Numbered from the stretch's first letter, positions 36,936 through 46,937 are shown. The stretch is 64,000 bases of DNA from an uncultured Candidatus Saccharibacteria bacterium (GCA_964473815.1 CAYYQK010000004.1:68493-132492); one strand, 5' to 3'. The notes: generated from the letters alone by a model not told the origin. A program made the numbers and translations.

Positions 36936-38324
36936 CTATAGCGGGCGTTTTTTGCTCACTTGGAGACCCTTGCTAGCCATCTCGTTAAATAACGCAGCCA
37001 CTGGTTGGAGCTCGCCTTTGTAGTAAAGACCCACGGGATATTCGTCGCGACCCGCCTCACCTATTAACACGTTTTGCCAACCAACTTGATATTCATCACC
37101 ATACCAACCCATTCCACAGATGGGATAACCTTCCTCGCGCAACTGCACCAAAACGTCGTAAGTTTTCTGGCAGATTGCTACAGCCAATTCTGGCACGCCA
37201 TTAATTTCGGTATGCAACATGGGCAGTTGATACCGTTGATAATATAATTTGCTTAACTCATAGAGCTGATAGCGCTCTAGAGGGTCGAGTTGCTGGCCAT
37301 TTTCCTCCAAATAAATTACACACCACGGATAATGATCGATCCCTAGAATTGTTTTAGAACTACTCCCCTGTTGCATAAACCATTCGTAGGATTGTTCTGG
37401 TAATCCTTGCTCGATTACAAACTGCTTCATAACTGGATCACGATGGCCAAAAATTAAATCCAGCAAAGCAAAACGGCGCAAATTAAATCGGAAGCTTTCT
37501 GCTTCACGCTGTGAGCCCGGCGTAGCGATTGCTGCTTCGAAACTTTCGTTTTGGACAAAAAGTAATTCTTGAGTTCGATTTTCTTCTTTCCAAACTTGCT
37601 CAATTTTTTGACGGGCTAAAATTGCGGCTTTGGCAATGTTGGTCGCAGCTCTCACAAAACTTTCATCATCACGCCAGTCAGAAGCTGTTTTAGTTTCATT
37701 CCACAAACCCATTTTCGCAGAGATGTTTGCGGTTACATAGGGTTCGTTGATGATGGTGTAAAAAGTAATTTCTGGAAAACGCTTTGCGAATGCTGCCGCG
37801 TACTGTGAAAATGCATCAGGAAAAAACTGATTTTGAAAATAAGGCTCATCACTATTTTGTTCATGGATCCAATCCGGCAAACCAAAATGGAGAAGATCGG
37901 CAATGATTGTGATTCCTAATTGGTTGCATTTGTGCAGAACTTTATCAAAAAATTCAAAATCATATTGGTTGTGTGCCAAGTACGCAGTAGAATACGGAAT
38001 TCCAAAACGCAGCCATTTAATTCCAAGCGCAGCGATGCGCTCTAAGCGCCGCTCGTAATTTGTGTAAAAGTCGTGCGCTTCTTTTAATTGATTACGTCTA
38101 ACACCGTCAGCAACTGGATCACTACTTTCAATGCCGGTATGGAAAATTCCGTCTTCGGGAAGTAACTTCATGATGCGAACGGTTTCTGGTGTCCATGACA
38201 TTTTCACGCCGCGGTCCAGTAAGTCAGAGATGGCTCCTAACTTTGGTAATTTTATTTCTATAGAAAAAACTTGCGGCAACTTATCTTTTAACTGGCGCAG
38301 CGGGTACAAATAATCTTTAATCAT
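36936..38324 (-). CDS. TIM-barrel glycoside-hydrolase-like protein (GH1-like)
   Basis: TIINEPYV (acid/base NEP-like) and LHTEINGV (nucleophile ENG-like). Confidence 0.35.
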   Translation of the reverse strand: MIKDYLYPLRQLKDKLPQVFSIEIKLPKLGAISDLLDRGVKMSWTPETVRIMKLLPEDGIFHTGIESSDPVADGVRRNQLKEAHDFYTNYERRLERIAALGIKWLRFGIPYSTAYLAHNQYDFEFFDKVLHKCNQLGITIIADLLHFGLPDWIHEQNSDEPYFQNQFFPDAFSQYAAAFAKRFPEITFYTIINEPYVTANISAKMGLWNETKTASDWRDDESFVRAATNIAKAAILARQKIEQVWKEENRTQELLFVQNESFEAAIATPGSQREAESFRFNLRRFALLDLIFGHRDPVMKQFVIEQGLPEQSYEWFMQQGSSSKTILGIDHYPWCVIYLEENGQQLDPLERYQLYELSKLYYQRYQLPMLHTEINGVPELAVAICQKTYDVLVQLREEGYPICGMGWYGDEYQVGWQNVLIGEAGRDEYPVGLYYKGELQPVAALFNEMASKGLQVSKKRPL

Positions 38325-38351
38325 TACTTATTCGTAACTTACCCAGATAAA

Positions 38352-38394
38352 TTTAAAATGAAAAAGGATGCATGCTTGTTAGACACACATCCTC
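38352..38394 (-). terminator. intrinsic terminator after the 481-aa gene
   Basis: aggatg…catcct hairpin, followed on the minus strand by UUUUUCAUUUU. Confidence 0.55.
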
Positions 38395-38431
38395 GTAGAC
38401 GATCAACTGTTCGGACAGAAGATCGTTAAGT

Positions 38432-39877
38432 TCAGAATGAGAAAGTTTCGATGAGCCGGAATCGTAACACTCCTGCCCCTGACTGATTCCACAGATACCC
38501 AATTCCCACGCGCGGCCAGTTTTTACGAGGGAATTTGTATTCGAGCAAAGGACCTGTGGTCCAAGCTAGTGGCTTGGTCGCCGTTTTGCTTAAAACAGTT
38601 TCCCAGCCAGGAAAGAGCCCTCCAAGTCGGTCTTTCAGTTTCGCTTTCGCAAAAGTCTGATTCACGACGGTAATGTTTAAGTGGCGATTTCCCGGACTAC
38701 CTCGAACAGTTCTTTCGAAATTGATAACCGGAGTGTTTGTAGCGATTGCACTAAACCCCGGAAATCGTTTCGGCAAGCTAAACGCATTAAAGACTTGCAG
38801 CCCTCCGACAACTGATGTGCTGTCTGTGCCGCGAACCTTGTCGTGCGTTTGCCGAAAACCAGCCACGCCGATTAAAGTCGTATGCTTAGTTTTCAGGAAC
38901 CGTTTTCCACCCGTGACTAGAGCATTCCACGACAAGTTATTTGAACCGAAGATATTTTCGGACATCCAACCAGTCGGAGATGTAATAGTCACCCGCAACT
39001 GTCGCTGGGGGTTTGGTCCGGCGCCAGCAACGATTTCGCCATACCGAGCATCTGTCTGAATGGTCCAATCAGCAGTTGCCTTACCTTTTCCGTTTTGCTT
39101 GGATCCACTCTGGCCGAATGCTTTCGCACCGCCGGCTGCGCCGACTGACAAAACCAATGCCAAAGTGTAACCTGCAAACTCCAAGGCTTTCTGCAACGAC
39201 CTCACTGGTGTACCAAATGGATACCTCCACGCCGTGAAAAGCCACGTCGGAGTAGCCAATGGCAACCGAGTCAAAGATAAAGCTTCGCCGATCAAGTTGT
39301 AACCTTTCTTCTTTGCCTTGTAACACATCATGAGTAGCATGAGTGCGCAGGAAATGAGATAGGCCACGGCAAGTGATTGCCATATCGGCGTACGATCAAT
39401 CGGGACTTTGGCTGCACTAATCGCTGGAGAAAAAAATTGTTCTTGAGCTAAAGAAGTTGTTTCCATACTGAATCGGGAAATCTCAGCAGCCTTACCACCT
39501 CTTTTCTCAATATCCTGCATGCGCTCTGAAAGGCTGGCAGCTGTTTCGGTCGGCATAAGGCCGTAACGCGAAAAGCTTTCGATGGCATCCTCGGCGATCC
39601 TCATCTGGGCCAACCAAGTGTAGAACTGCTCAGGCTCGGCTTTCACCGGCATTGCCGCTTCGAGTTCCTTGATCTTAAGCACTAGTTGCGAAGTGTCTTT
39701 ATAAGGATACAACGCCAGTTGTTTCTCACCTGTGGGATCGTTTTTGTTCTGCGCCCCAAACCAGAGGCACACGAAAAACACCAACATGATCAGTCCGCCG
39801 AAAACCATATGGAGCGTACTCCATTCTGATTTTTGTTCAGCCTGATCATAACGATAGTCAAAATGATTATTTCTCAC
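38432..39877 (-). CDS. hypothetical membrane protein with a C-terminal β-rich domain ending …LRFRLIETFSF
   Basis: GTG start with AGGAGG SD. TM helices near residues 25-42 and 175-195. C-terminal half Gly/Thr/Asn-rich with alternating hydrophobic residues and a terminal Phe. Confidence 0.45.
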   Translation of the reverse strand: MRNNHFDYRYDQAEQKSEWSTLHMVFGGLIMLVFFVCLWFGAQNKNDPTGEKQLALYPYKDTSQLVLKIKELEAAMPVKAEPEQFYTWLAQMRIAEDAIESFSRYGLMPTETAASLSERMQDIEKRGGKAAEISRFSMETTSLAQEQFFSPAISAAKVPIDRTPIWQSLAVAYLISCALMLLMMCYKAKKKGYNLIGEALSLTRLPLATPTWLFTAWRYPFGTPVRSLQKALEFAGYTLALVLSVGAAGGAKAFGQSGSKQNGKGKATADWTIQTDARYGEIVAGAGPNPQRQLRVTITSPTGWMSENIFGSNNLSWNALVTGGKRFLKTKHTTLIGVAGFRQTHDKVRGTDSTSVVGGLQVFNAFSLPKRFPGFSAIATNTPVINFERTVRGSPGNRHLNITVVNQTFAKAKLKDRLGGLFPGWETVLSKTATKPLAWTTGPLLEYKFPRKNWPRVGIGYLWNQSGAGVLRFRLIETFSF

Positions 39878-40080
39878 TTCGACCTCCTGCTATTTGTGAA
39901 ATTTTAAGCACTAGAATTCACTAACGCCGAGTCAAAAAGACTTATGAAAATAACACATTTTTAGCATTTGGTCAATTCGTTAAACGTTTATAAAATTATA
40001 TCCGGCATGTTTATAAGTTTGCTGGATATCTCATAAATTTTTTTCTTAAGATTTTAGAAAAGTTTTAGTTTTTCTTGATC

Positions 40081-40300
40081 AGGACTTTATCGGGCTTATG
40101 TAATGATGAGGGTCATGGGCGGTTCGTCTAAGTAATTAAGACTCATCTCTACGAAAGGTGGAATTCGGGTGCAAGTCCCGAGCTGTCCACCACCTTGTGT
40201 AGAGTTTCCAAATATGATATCCTATAGCTACTTTCGTAGAGATGTGGGTCTTGCACCCAATTAGACGAGAAAGCCGCGCCAAATGGCGCGGCTTTTAATT
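40081..40300 (+). ncRNA. candidate structured RNA with pseudoknot-type long-range pairings and its own intrinsic terminator
   Basis: Pairing segments: A 40144-40157 with A' 40231-40244 (14 nt perfect); B 40167-40175 with B' 40250-40258 (9 nt); C 40124-40131 with C' 40261-40267. Order C-A-B-A'-B'-C'. Terminator aagccgcgcc-aa-ggcgcggctt + TTTTAATTTT at 40270-40300. Confidence 0.4.
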
Positions 40301-40316
40301 TTGCTTTATAAATCTT

Positions 40317-43193
40317 TTACAAAATCTTTTTTAAATATTGGCCTGTGTAAGAGCCTTTGATTTTGGCCACTTCTTCAGGCGTCCCAGCAGCAATTAGTTT
40401 ACCACCTTTGTCGCCACCTTCTGGACCCAGATCAATAATCCAGTCAGCAGTTTTAATCATATCTAAGTTGTGTTCTATGACTACAACTGTGTTGCCTTTT
40501 TCTACCAATTGATTCAAGACGTAAATTAAACGTTTTACATCGGCAAAGTGCAAACCTGTTGTAGGTTCGTCAAGAATATAGAGAGTGCGGCCAGTTGATG
40601 CACGAGAAAGTTCGGTGGCAAGTTTAATACGCTGCGCTTCCCCACCAGAAAGCGTCGTTGCGTTTTGACCAAGATGCATGTAACCCAAACCAACTTCGGA
40701 AAGCGTGTCGAGTTTGCGCTTTACTGGTGGTACATTGGCGTAGAAAATTTTCGCTTCATCAACAGTCATTTCTAACACGTCCGAAATAGTCTTGCCATTG
40801 TAGTGAATTTCCAAAGCCTCGCGGTTGTAACGCTTACCATGACACTCTTCACAAGTAATATACACATCTGGCAAGAAATTCATTTCCACTTTAATCACAC
40901 CATCGCCCTGACATTTTTCACAACGACCACCTTTAACGTTAAAGCTAAAACGCCCAGCTTTGTAGCCCTTCATTTTGGCTTCGCGGGTATCAGCAAACAA
41001 GTCACGAATATAAGTGAAGATACCAGTGTAAGTTGCTGGGTTGCTGCGCGGCGTGCGACCGATTGGCGACTGGTCGATGTTGATCATTTTGTCGATATGG
41101 TCGATGCCTAACAATTTTTTGTGAGCGCCCGGCTCATCTTTGCTATTCCAAAAATACTTCGACAAAGCTTTAGCCACAATGTCATTCAACAAAGTCGACT
41201 TCCCGCTACCGGACACACCGGTTAAACAAACAAACTTAGCTAAAGGAATATCAACGTTAACATCTTTGAGATTAAATTCTGATGCACCCACGACCGAAAT
41301 CTTTTTGCCATTACCGGCGCGGCGACGTTTTGGAACTTCGATCGTTTCTTTGCCCGATAAAAACTGACCAGTCACCGAATCTTTATTTTTCTCAACTTGT
41401 GCCGGGGTGCCTTCAGCCACCAGCTTGCCGCCGTGCTTACCCGCACCTGGTCCAATGTCTACCACCCAGTCAGACTCCCGAATGGTTTCTTCATCATGTT
41501 CAACAACAATTACGGTATTACCAAGATCGCGCAACTCTTTTAGTGTCTCAAGTAGGCGCGTGTTGTCACGTTGGTGCAAACCAATGGAAGGTTCATCTAA
41601 TATATAGAGTACGCCGGTAAGTCCACTTCCAATTTGAGTAGCCAAACGAATGCGTTGCGCTTCCCCGCCAGACAAAGTGTCAGCACCACGATCCAAAGAC
41701 AAATACGACAAACCCACGTTCAACAAAAACGAAATACGTGCAGTGATTTCTTTCAAAATTAAATTAGCAATCGCCATTTCTTTGGCGTTCAACTTCTTTG
41801 GCAGTTGCTCAAAAAACTTGGCAGCATCCTCTATAGACAAGGTAGACACATCCACAATGCTTTGGTCATCTATAGTAACAGCCAACACTTCTGGCTTCAA
41901 ACGCTTACCATCACAAGTTGGACATTTGCGAATGCGCATGTAGTTTTCAATCTCACTGCGCATGTATTCAGAATCTGTTTCTTTGTACTTGCGTTCCAAA
42001 TTTGGGATCACACCTTCGAAAGGTGCGTCGTATCCATTACCGCCAAAACGCGAGTCGCTAGGCATGCGAATTTTTTTGCCGTCAGTGCCATACAAAATTA
42101 TATCTATATATTTCTTTGGCAAATCCGCCACTTTCGTTGACACAGAAAAACCGAATTCACGACCCAAACTTTCCAAAACTTTTGAGTACCAAGATAAGCG
42201 AGAAGTAGTTTTGCTCCAAGGCCGAATCGCACCTTCAGCCAATGTTAAACGAGGGTTTGGAATTACCAAATCTGGTTCAATTGTTAGCTTTGTACCAAGC
42301 CCTTTACATTCCGGACAAGCTCCGTGCGGTGAGTTAAAGGAAAATTCGCGCGGATCAAGTTCAGTCAAAGCAACAGCGTGACCATTCGGACATGCAAACT
42401 TTTGGGAAAAAGGAATCTCTTCTTTAATTTTGTCGCCATCCATAACAACAACGGTTGCCGTTTGATCACCATACTCCAAAGCTTTTTCTAAACTTTCGGA
42501 AATGCGGCCGCGGTCTTCATGGGCAATGGCAATACGATCAACAATTACATCTATACTGTGCTTTTTTTGCTTGTCTAAATTCAAACCTTGCGCTTCGTCA
42601 ATGTCCATAATGGTGCCATCAACACGAACGCGGGCAAAACCGCTCTTCTTAACTTGTTCAAAAATTAATTTGTGCTCACCTTTTTGATCTTTGATAAACG
42701 GCGCCAACAACATAACGCGCTGACCTTCCGGCATGGTAAGTAATTGATCAACCATGGCTTGCAAAGTTTGACCAGTTACGCGCGCATTACATGTCGGACA
42801 GTGTGGAATCCCCGCCCGCGCGTAGAGCAAACGCAAATAATCGTAAATTTCAGTGACAGTTCCCACTGTTGAACGCGGGTTATGGCTAGCACTCTTCTGG
42901 TCGATCGAAATTGCCGGGCTTAAACCCTCGATTTTATCAACATCTGGTTTGTCCATTAAACCAATGAACTGTCGCGCGTAAGCCGAAAGTGACTCAACAT
43001 AGCGACGCTGACCTTCGGCGTAAATCGTATCAAAAGCTAAAGATGACTTCCCGCTGCCGGAAAGTCCAGTAATAGTTATAAGTTTGCAACGCGGCAAGTC
43101 TAAATCGACATTTTTTAAATTGTGCTGGCGAGCGCCACGAATCACAATTTTTTCAGAATTGCCGAGTGAGTTAGTTTGTTTTTTAGGCATCAA
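40317..43193 (-). CDS. uvrA: excinuclease ABC subunit A
   Basis: Two ABC ATPase modules ([10 protein letters not shown]; [10 protein letters not shown]; LSGGEAQR twice) and zinc fingers. Confidence 0.95.
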   Translation of the reverse strand: MMPKKQTNSLGNSEKIVIRGARQHNLKNVDLDLPRCKLITITGLSGSGKSSLAFDTIYAEGQRRYVESLSAYARQFIGLMDKPDVDKIEGLSPAISIDQKSASHNPRSTVGTVTEIYDYLRLLYARAGIPHCPTCNARVTGQTLQAMVDQLLTMPEGQRVMLLAPFIKDQKGEHKLIFEQVKKSGFARVRVDGTIMDIDEAQGLNLDKQKKHSIDVIVDRIAIAHEDRGRISESLEKALEYGDQTATVVVMDGDKIKEEIPFSQKFACPNGHAVALTELDPREFSFNSPHGACPECKGLGTKLTIEPDLVIPNPRLTLAEGAIRPWSKTTSRLSWYSKVLESLGREFGFSVSTKVADLPKKYIDIILYGTDGKKIRMPSDSRFGGNGYDAPFEGVIPNLERKYKETDSEYMRSEIENYMRIRKCPTCDGKRLKPEVLAVTIDDQSIVDVSTLSIEDAAKFFEQLPKKLNAKEMAIANLILKEITARISFLLNVGLSYLSLDRGADTLSGGEAQRIRLATQIGSGLTGVLYILDEPSIGLHQRDNTRLLETLKELRDLGNTVIVVEHDEETIRESDWVVDIGPGAGKHGGKLVAEGTPAQVEKNKDSVTGQFLSGKETIEVPKRRRAGNGKKISVVGASEFNLKDVNVDIPLAKFVCLTGVSGSGKSTLLNDIVAKALSKYFWNSKDEPGAHKKLLGIDHIDKMINIDQSPIGRTPRSNPATYTGIFTYIRDLFADTREAKMKGYKAGRFSFNVKGGRCEKCQGDGVIKVEMNFLPDVYITCEECHGKRYNREALEIHYNGKTISDVLEMTVDEAKIFYANVPPVKRKLDTLSEVGLGYMHLGQNATTLSGGEAQRIKLATELSRASTGRTLYILDEPTTGLHFADVKRLIYVLNQLVEKGNTVVVIEHNLDMIKTADWIIDLGPEGGDKGGKLIAAGTPEEVAKIKGSYTGQYLKKIL

Positions 43194-43246
43194 ATTTAGA
43201 TAAATAAAAGATAAATTTCAACTTTATTAACCCTAGCAGATATTTT

Positions 43247-43287
43247 GACAAAAAACAAGAGCCAAGACCTCAATATGGGTCCTGGCT
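43247..43287 (-). terminator. intrinsic terminator after the 43313 gene
   Basis: gccaagacc…ggtcctggc hairpin, followed on the minus strand by UUGUUUUUUGU. Confidence 0.5.
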
Positions 43288-43312
43288 TGGAATTCCCGGA
43301 AACCAACCTTAG

Positions 43313-43561
43313 CTATTGTGCTTTTTTAAACACGAAATCCAAAACTTCGTTTAAAATCACGAGCAACAATGAGCAGCCTATGGCTGTGGTTAAAAAATCA
43401 TCCGGAAATGAACTGAACAACACCGAATAATGCGGATTGAAACTGATGTACCAATTGACCGCAATATTGACTAACTCGGCGATACTGACACCGGTGAAGA
43501 AAATACAATAGCAACAAACTATCAAGAATAGTATTGCTCTCACTTCGAACCTCCTTACCAC
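43313..43561 (-). CDS. hypothetical small membrane protein
   Basis: Two hydrophobic helices; between uvrA and uvrC. Confidence 0.4.
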   Translation of the reverse strand: MVRRFEVRAILFLIVCCYCIFFTGVSIAELVNIAVNWYISFNPHYSVLFSSFPDDFLTTAIGCSLLLVILNEVLDFVFKKAQ

Positions 43562-43588
43562 AGATTTCTAACTTGCTATAATACGAAT

Positions 43589-45436
43589 ATGACTGAATTG
43601 AAAGACAAAGTCAAAGAAATTCCGCATAAGCCAGGTGTGTACAAGTTCCTCGGCAAAGAGGGAGCTGTTTTGTATGTGGGCAAAGCCAAGGACTTGCGAA
43701 GTCGTGTAGTACAATACTTTGGCAAACACGACAATCGTGCCCAACTTCCATTCCTGATGGCTGAGGCTGTGGACTTAGAATATATAGTGGTGAACTCGGA
43801 GCTGGAAAGTTTGTTTTTGGAAAACACCATCATCAAGCAGTACATGCCGCCGTACAACATCATGCTGCGGGATGATAAAAATTATGCGTTCATTAAAATT
43901 GATTACTCCACTGAGATTCCACAAATAACTTATGCACGTAAAATTTTTACTGACTCGAGCGAAGGTCCAGGCCGCAGCACAAAAAAAGATAAGTACTTTG
44001 GACCATATTCTTCGACTGCAAAAATCCGTAAAACCTTAGATTTCATCCGCAAAGTTTTTCCATATTGTGCTAATAAAGAAATTGGCAAACGGCCATGCTT
44101 CTATTATTACCTGCACCGCTGCCCAGGAATTTGCGTAGGCGCGATTACCATGCAGGAATATGAGCAACAACTCGATCGTATTTGTTTGTTTTTGTCTGGT
44201 CGGAATTCTGAAATAAAAAAACAGTTGATGCGCGACATGAAGGGCGCTTCCAAATGGAAACATTTCGAAACTGCCGCACGTCTGCGCGACCAGCTGCAAG
44301 CCATTGAAGTTCTCGATGAACGCCAAATCGCCTTATTCCCCCAAAAAGTATCCTGGGATTTTGTATCCGTATATATAGATGCGATTTCTGCCTGCGTTAA
44401 CGTGTTCAAGGTACGCGAAGGAAAATTAATCGACAAAGAGAATTTTATTTACGACAACATTTTGGGTGTACAGGAAGATAACCGCGGCCCATTGGTGCAG
44501 CAAGCCTTCCTGGAAATGTACTATTCCCAAACTACCAACCTCCCCCAAGAAATTTATACCCAGTTTAAACTTGATAACGATCCGTTAATTAAAATTTTAC
44601 TTGCTTCGCGTGTTAAAGAAACCAAAGCTAAGCGCAAAATTAAACTTTGCGTGCCGACTCGCAGCCAGAAACTTAAACTGATTAAACTCGGTGTGACTAA
44701 TGCCGAAGAATATTTGCGCAAATGGCAGCGCAGTCAAGCTAGTAATCTCGATCAGATCAAAGAAATTTTAGAAAACCTAAAACAACTTTTGAATTTACCT
44801 CACACACCGCGCCGCATTGAAGGCTATGACATCAGCAACACGCAGGGAACAAATCCGGTTGGTAGCATGGTTGTGGTAAAAGATGGCTTGGCGACAAAAT
44901 CTGAATACCGAAAATTCAAGATTAATGTGAAGTCCACGCCGGACGACTTTATGATGATGCGCGAAATGTTAACGCGCCGCCTTTCTCGCGTGAATCCGGA
45001 AAACGAAAAAGATAAATGGCCACTCCCTGACTTGTTAGTAATCGATGGCGGCAAAGGACAACTTGGCGTTGCAGTGGAAGTGTTAGAAAAATTAAAATTA
45101 AATATTCCTGTCATCGGTCTTGCAAAACGAATTGAAGAAATTTTCTTACCTCACAATCCCGAACCAATTGTGTTGCCACACGAAGATCCAACCTTGCAAC
45201 TATTACAAAGACTCCGCGACGAAGCGCACAGATTTGGAATCACGTTCCATCGCAACCTCCGCAGCAAACAAGCAGTGAAATCCGCCCTCGACACCATTCC
45301 TGGCATTGGACCGAAAACAAAAAAACTGCTCAAACAAAAAATCGGGTCTGTTGATAAAATCAGACAGACACCGATTTCTAAACTCTCCGAGCTGGTGGGT
45401 CCGGCCAAAGCCGAACAGATTTTGAAGCATTTATAG
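43589..45436 (+). CDS. uvrC: excinuclease ABC subunit C
   Basis: GIY-YIG N-terminus (PGVYKFLGKEGAVLYVGKAKDLRSRV), UvrBC-interaction region, RNase H-like endonuclease domain, HhH. TATAAT lies 6 nt before the ATG. Confidence 0.9.
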   Translation: MTELKDKVKEIPHKPGVYKFLGKEGAVLYVGKAKDLRSRVVQYFGKHDNRAQLPFLMAEAVDLEYIVVNSELESLFLENTIIKQYMPPYNIMLRDDKNYAFIKIDYSTEIPQITYARKIFTDSSEGPGRSTKKDKYFGPYSSTAKIRKTLDFIRKVFPYCANKEIGKRPCFYYYLHRCPGICVGAITMQEYEQQLDRICLFLSGRNSEIKKQLMRDMKGASKWKHFETAARLRDQLQAIEVLDERQIALFPQKVSWDFVSVYIDAISACVNVFKVREGKLIDKENFIYDNILGVQEDNRGPLVQQAFLEMYYSQTTNLPQEIYTQFKLDNDPLIKILLASRVKETKAKRKIKLCVPTRSQKLKLIKLGVTNAEEYLRKWQRSQASNLDQIKEILENLKQLLNLPHTPRRIEGYDISNTQGTNPVGSMVVVKDGLATKSEYRKFKINVKSTPDDFMMMREMLTRRLSRVNPENEKDKWPLPDLLVIDGGKGQLGVAVEVLEKLKLNIPVIGLAKRIEEIFLPHNPEPIVLPHEDPTLQLLQRLRDEAHRFGITFHRNLRSKQAVKSALDTIPGIGPKTKKLLKQKIGSVDKIRQTPISKLSELVGPAKAEQILKHL

Positions 45437-45451
45437 GATATTTGAGGGGTA

Positions 45452-45480
45452 TTGACAATACCTCTCCTTTATGGTAAAAT
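45452..45480 (+). promoter_or_regulatory. sigma70-like promoter (TTGACA-17-TAAAAT)
   Basis: TTGACAatacctctcctttatggTAAAAT. Confidence 0.6.
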
Positions 45481-45562
45481 GCTTTCAACAATCGTTTTGG
45501 TCTATTTTAAGACTGATTTATGCGGTTGTGATAATGCAGAAAAAACCAAGGAGACAACGAAA

Positions 45563-45727
45563 ATGAAAAAGAATTTTCTGATCAACTCGCCTCCGGGCAC
45601 TATGACGACGGCATGGCCGCCGGTCCAGAAAACCGGCAAAGCTGAGATAAATTATGGATCGATATTCGGCGACGGCAACGGCAGATCAACGCGCGGCAAT
45701 TTCGGCGGCAAGATCGGCGGACCGTAA
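45563..45727 (+). CDS. small Gly-rich peptide (54 aa) in a GC-rich islet
   Basis: AAGGAG-9-ATG. MKKNFLINSPPGTMTTAWPPVQKTGKAEINYGSIFGDGNGRSTRGNFGGKIGGP. Own promoter and terminator. Local GC well above the window average. Confidence 0.4.
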   Translation: MKKNFLINSPPGTMTTAWPPVQKTGKAEINYGSIFGDGNGRSTRGNFGGKIGGP

Positions 45728-45795
45728 CGCGGGGCCGGCGTAGCGACGTCGTAGTCGCATCGCCAGCAATGGTTAGTCAGATTTTCTCCTTACGG

Positions 45796-45836
45796 GGCCG
45801 AAGAGTAGCAATTTTGCTCTTCGGTCTTTTCTTTTG
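45796..45836 (+). terminator. intrinsic terminator
   Basis: ccgaagag-tagcaattttg-ctcttcgg + TCTTTTCTTTTG. Confidence 0.6.
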
Positions 45837-45963
45837 TCTAAATTTTCTATGAGTAAGCCAAGTCTTTGACTTTCTGGCAAAGATATGATAAAGTTTTATT
45901 TATCAACCTACGTGCGTTCTGAGGTTGAGATTTGTCACAGAAAACTTCAAGGAGAAAAAACGG

Positions 45964-46539
45964 ATGAGAACAATCAAGGCGTTGTTGTTTGTTGTCAGTT
46001 TAGCCATCGCATTGGTCGCCGGCCTGTATGCCAATCCGCCGACCGTTACGAAAAACGAAGTAGGGAATCCTTCCCAAAGCTCACCACCAGCCGCCGTCAC
46101 CGCGACTTTTACAAAGACGGCAGCAGGGGCGATGAATGTTACCGAGATCAATCCAACCGTGGAAGTCAGACAGACATCCCCGCCGGTCGCGAACTCTTTC
46201 GCGAATACGACGATCTCGAGCTTGGTCAATGTCGACTATTCATTAACGGCAACGGCGTTCAATACGGTAAATGCTTCGCCGATCGACCGTACAATTAATG
46301 TACTTGTGGGATTCAGGATACGGCCGCCCATTGTGCTGATCTCGACGACAATGGCAGGCCGATCCGCCGCGACGCCACACTATGCAGGGCACTTCGCTCT
46401 GCCGGCGAATACAGACGTAGGAAAAGGAGAAACGGCTGACGCCAACAAAATTGTGGCGAGCTCGTCATTCAATTCCTTTGCCGAGGACACACCGACCGCC
46501 GTCCGCGTCGATGACGTACGGTTCGTCAAACGTGAATAA
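45964..46539 (+). CDS. hypothetical secreted Ser/Thr/Ala/Pro-rich protein
   Basis: AAGGAG-9-ATG at MRTIKALLFVVSLAIALVAG (signal peptide). TTGACT-17-TAAAGT upstream. GC-rich relative to neighbours. Confidence 0.5.
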   Translation: MRTIKALLFVVSLAIALVAGLYANPPTVTKNEVGNPSQSSPPAAVTATFTKTAAGAMNVTEINPTVEVRQTSPPVANSFANTTISSLVNVDYSLTATAFNTVNASPIDRTINVLVGFRIRPPIVLISTTMAGRSAATPHYAGHFALPANTDVGKGETADANKIVASSSFNSFAEDTPTAVRVDDVRFVKRE

Positions 46540-46637
46540 CACCAATTCGTGTTCCTCCGGAACACAAACCGCTGGATTTCCCTCACAAGAAATTCGGCGG
46601 CTTTTTTTATAAATTTTTATCTCTCCCATTCCGTACC

Positions 46638-46666
46638 TTGACACCAACTGCCTAAATTTCTATAAT
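46638..46666 (+). promoter_or_regulatory. consensus sigma70 promoter TTGACA-17-TATAAT
   Basis: ccTTGACAccaactgcctaaatttcTATAATaaatg, upstream of secG. Confidence 0.7.
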
Positions 46667-46700
46667 AAATGAGCTTTTTGGAGAACCCAAATTTAACTTT

Positions 46701-46937
46701 ATGAAAAATCTTAGCCTTAGTTACATCTTAACAATCGTAGATATGGTGGTAATGGTGGTACTCATTATCGTTATTTCTTTGCAAAATAAATCTTCCGGAC
46801 TATCTAATGTATTCGGTGGTGGTGGCAATGTGGTTGCTACTCGCCGGGGCAGTGACAAGTGGCTATTCTACGCTACAATTGTTTTGGGTGTCTTATTCGC
46901 GGGCCTGAGCCTGACCGTGGTTCTGCTGACCAAATAG
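46701..46937 (+). CDS. secG: preprotein translocase subunit SecG
   Basis: Two TM helices flanking the G-rich loop SGLSNVFGGGGNVVATRRG. Confidence 0.7.
   Translation: MKNLSLSYILTIVDMVVMVVLIIVISLQNKSSGLSNVFGGGGNVVATRRGSDKWLFYATIVLGVLFAGLSLTVVLLTK

Noticed and set aside
40100-40160. Possible hammerhead ribozyme core (UGAUGAG … GAAA) in the structured element
   Set aside because: The first core nucleotide is A, not C. There is no helix II between the boxes and stem III pairing is absent. A chance resemblance.
40081-40300. RNase P RNA, SRP RNA or tmRNA identity for the structured element
   Set aside because: Lacks the GGAAAGUCCGGGC / ACAGAA…GGCUUA (RNase P), GGAAGCAGCC domain-IV (SRP) and tRNA-like 3' end with tag ORF (tmRNA) signatures. 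Too short for RNase P.
45885-46298. 137-aa ORF overlapping the secreted-protein gene
   Set aside because: Out of frame with the SD-supported signal-peptide ORF 45964..46539; no SD of its own.
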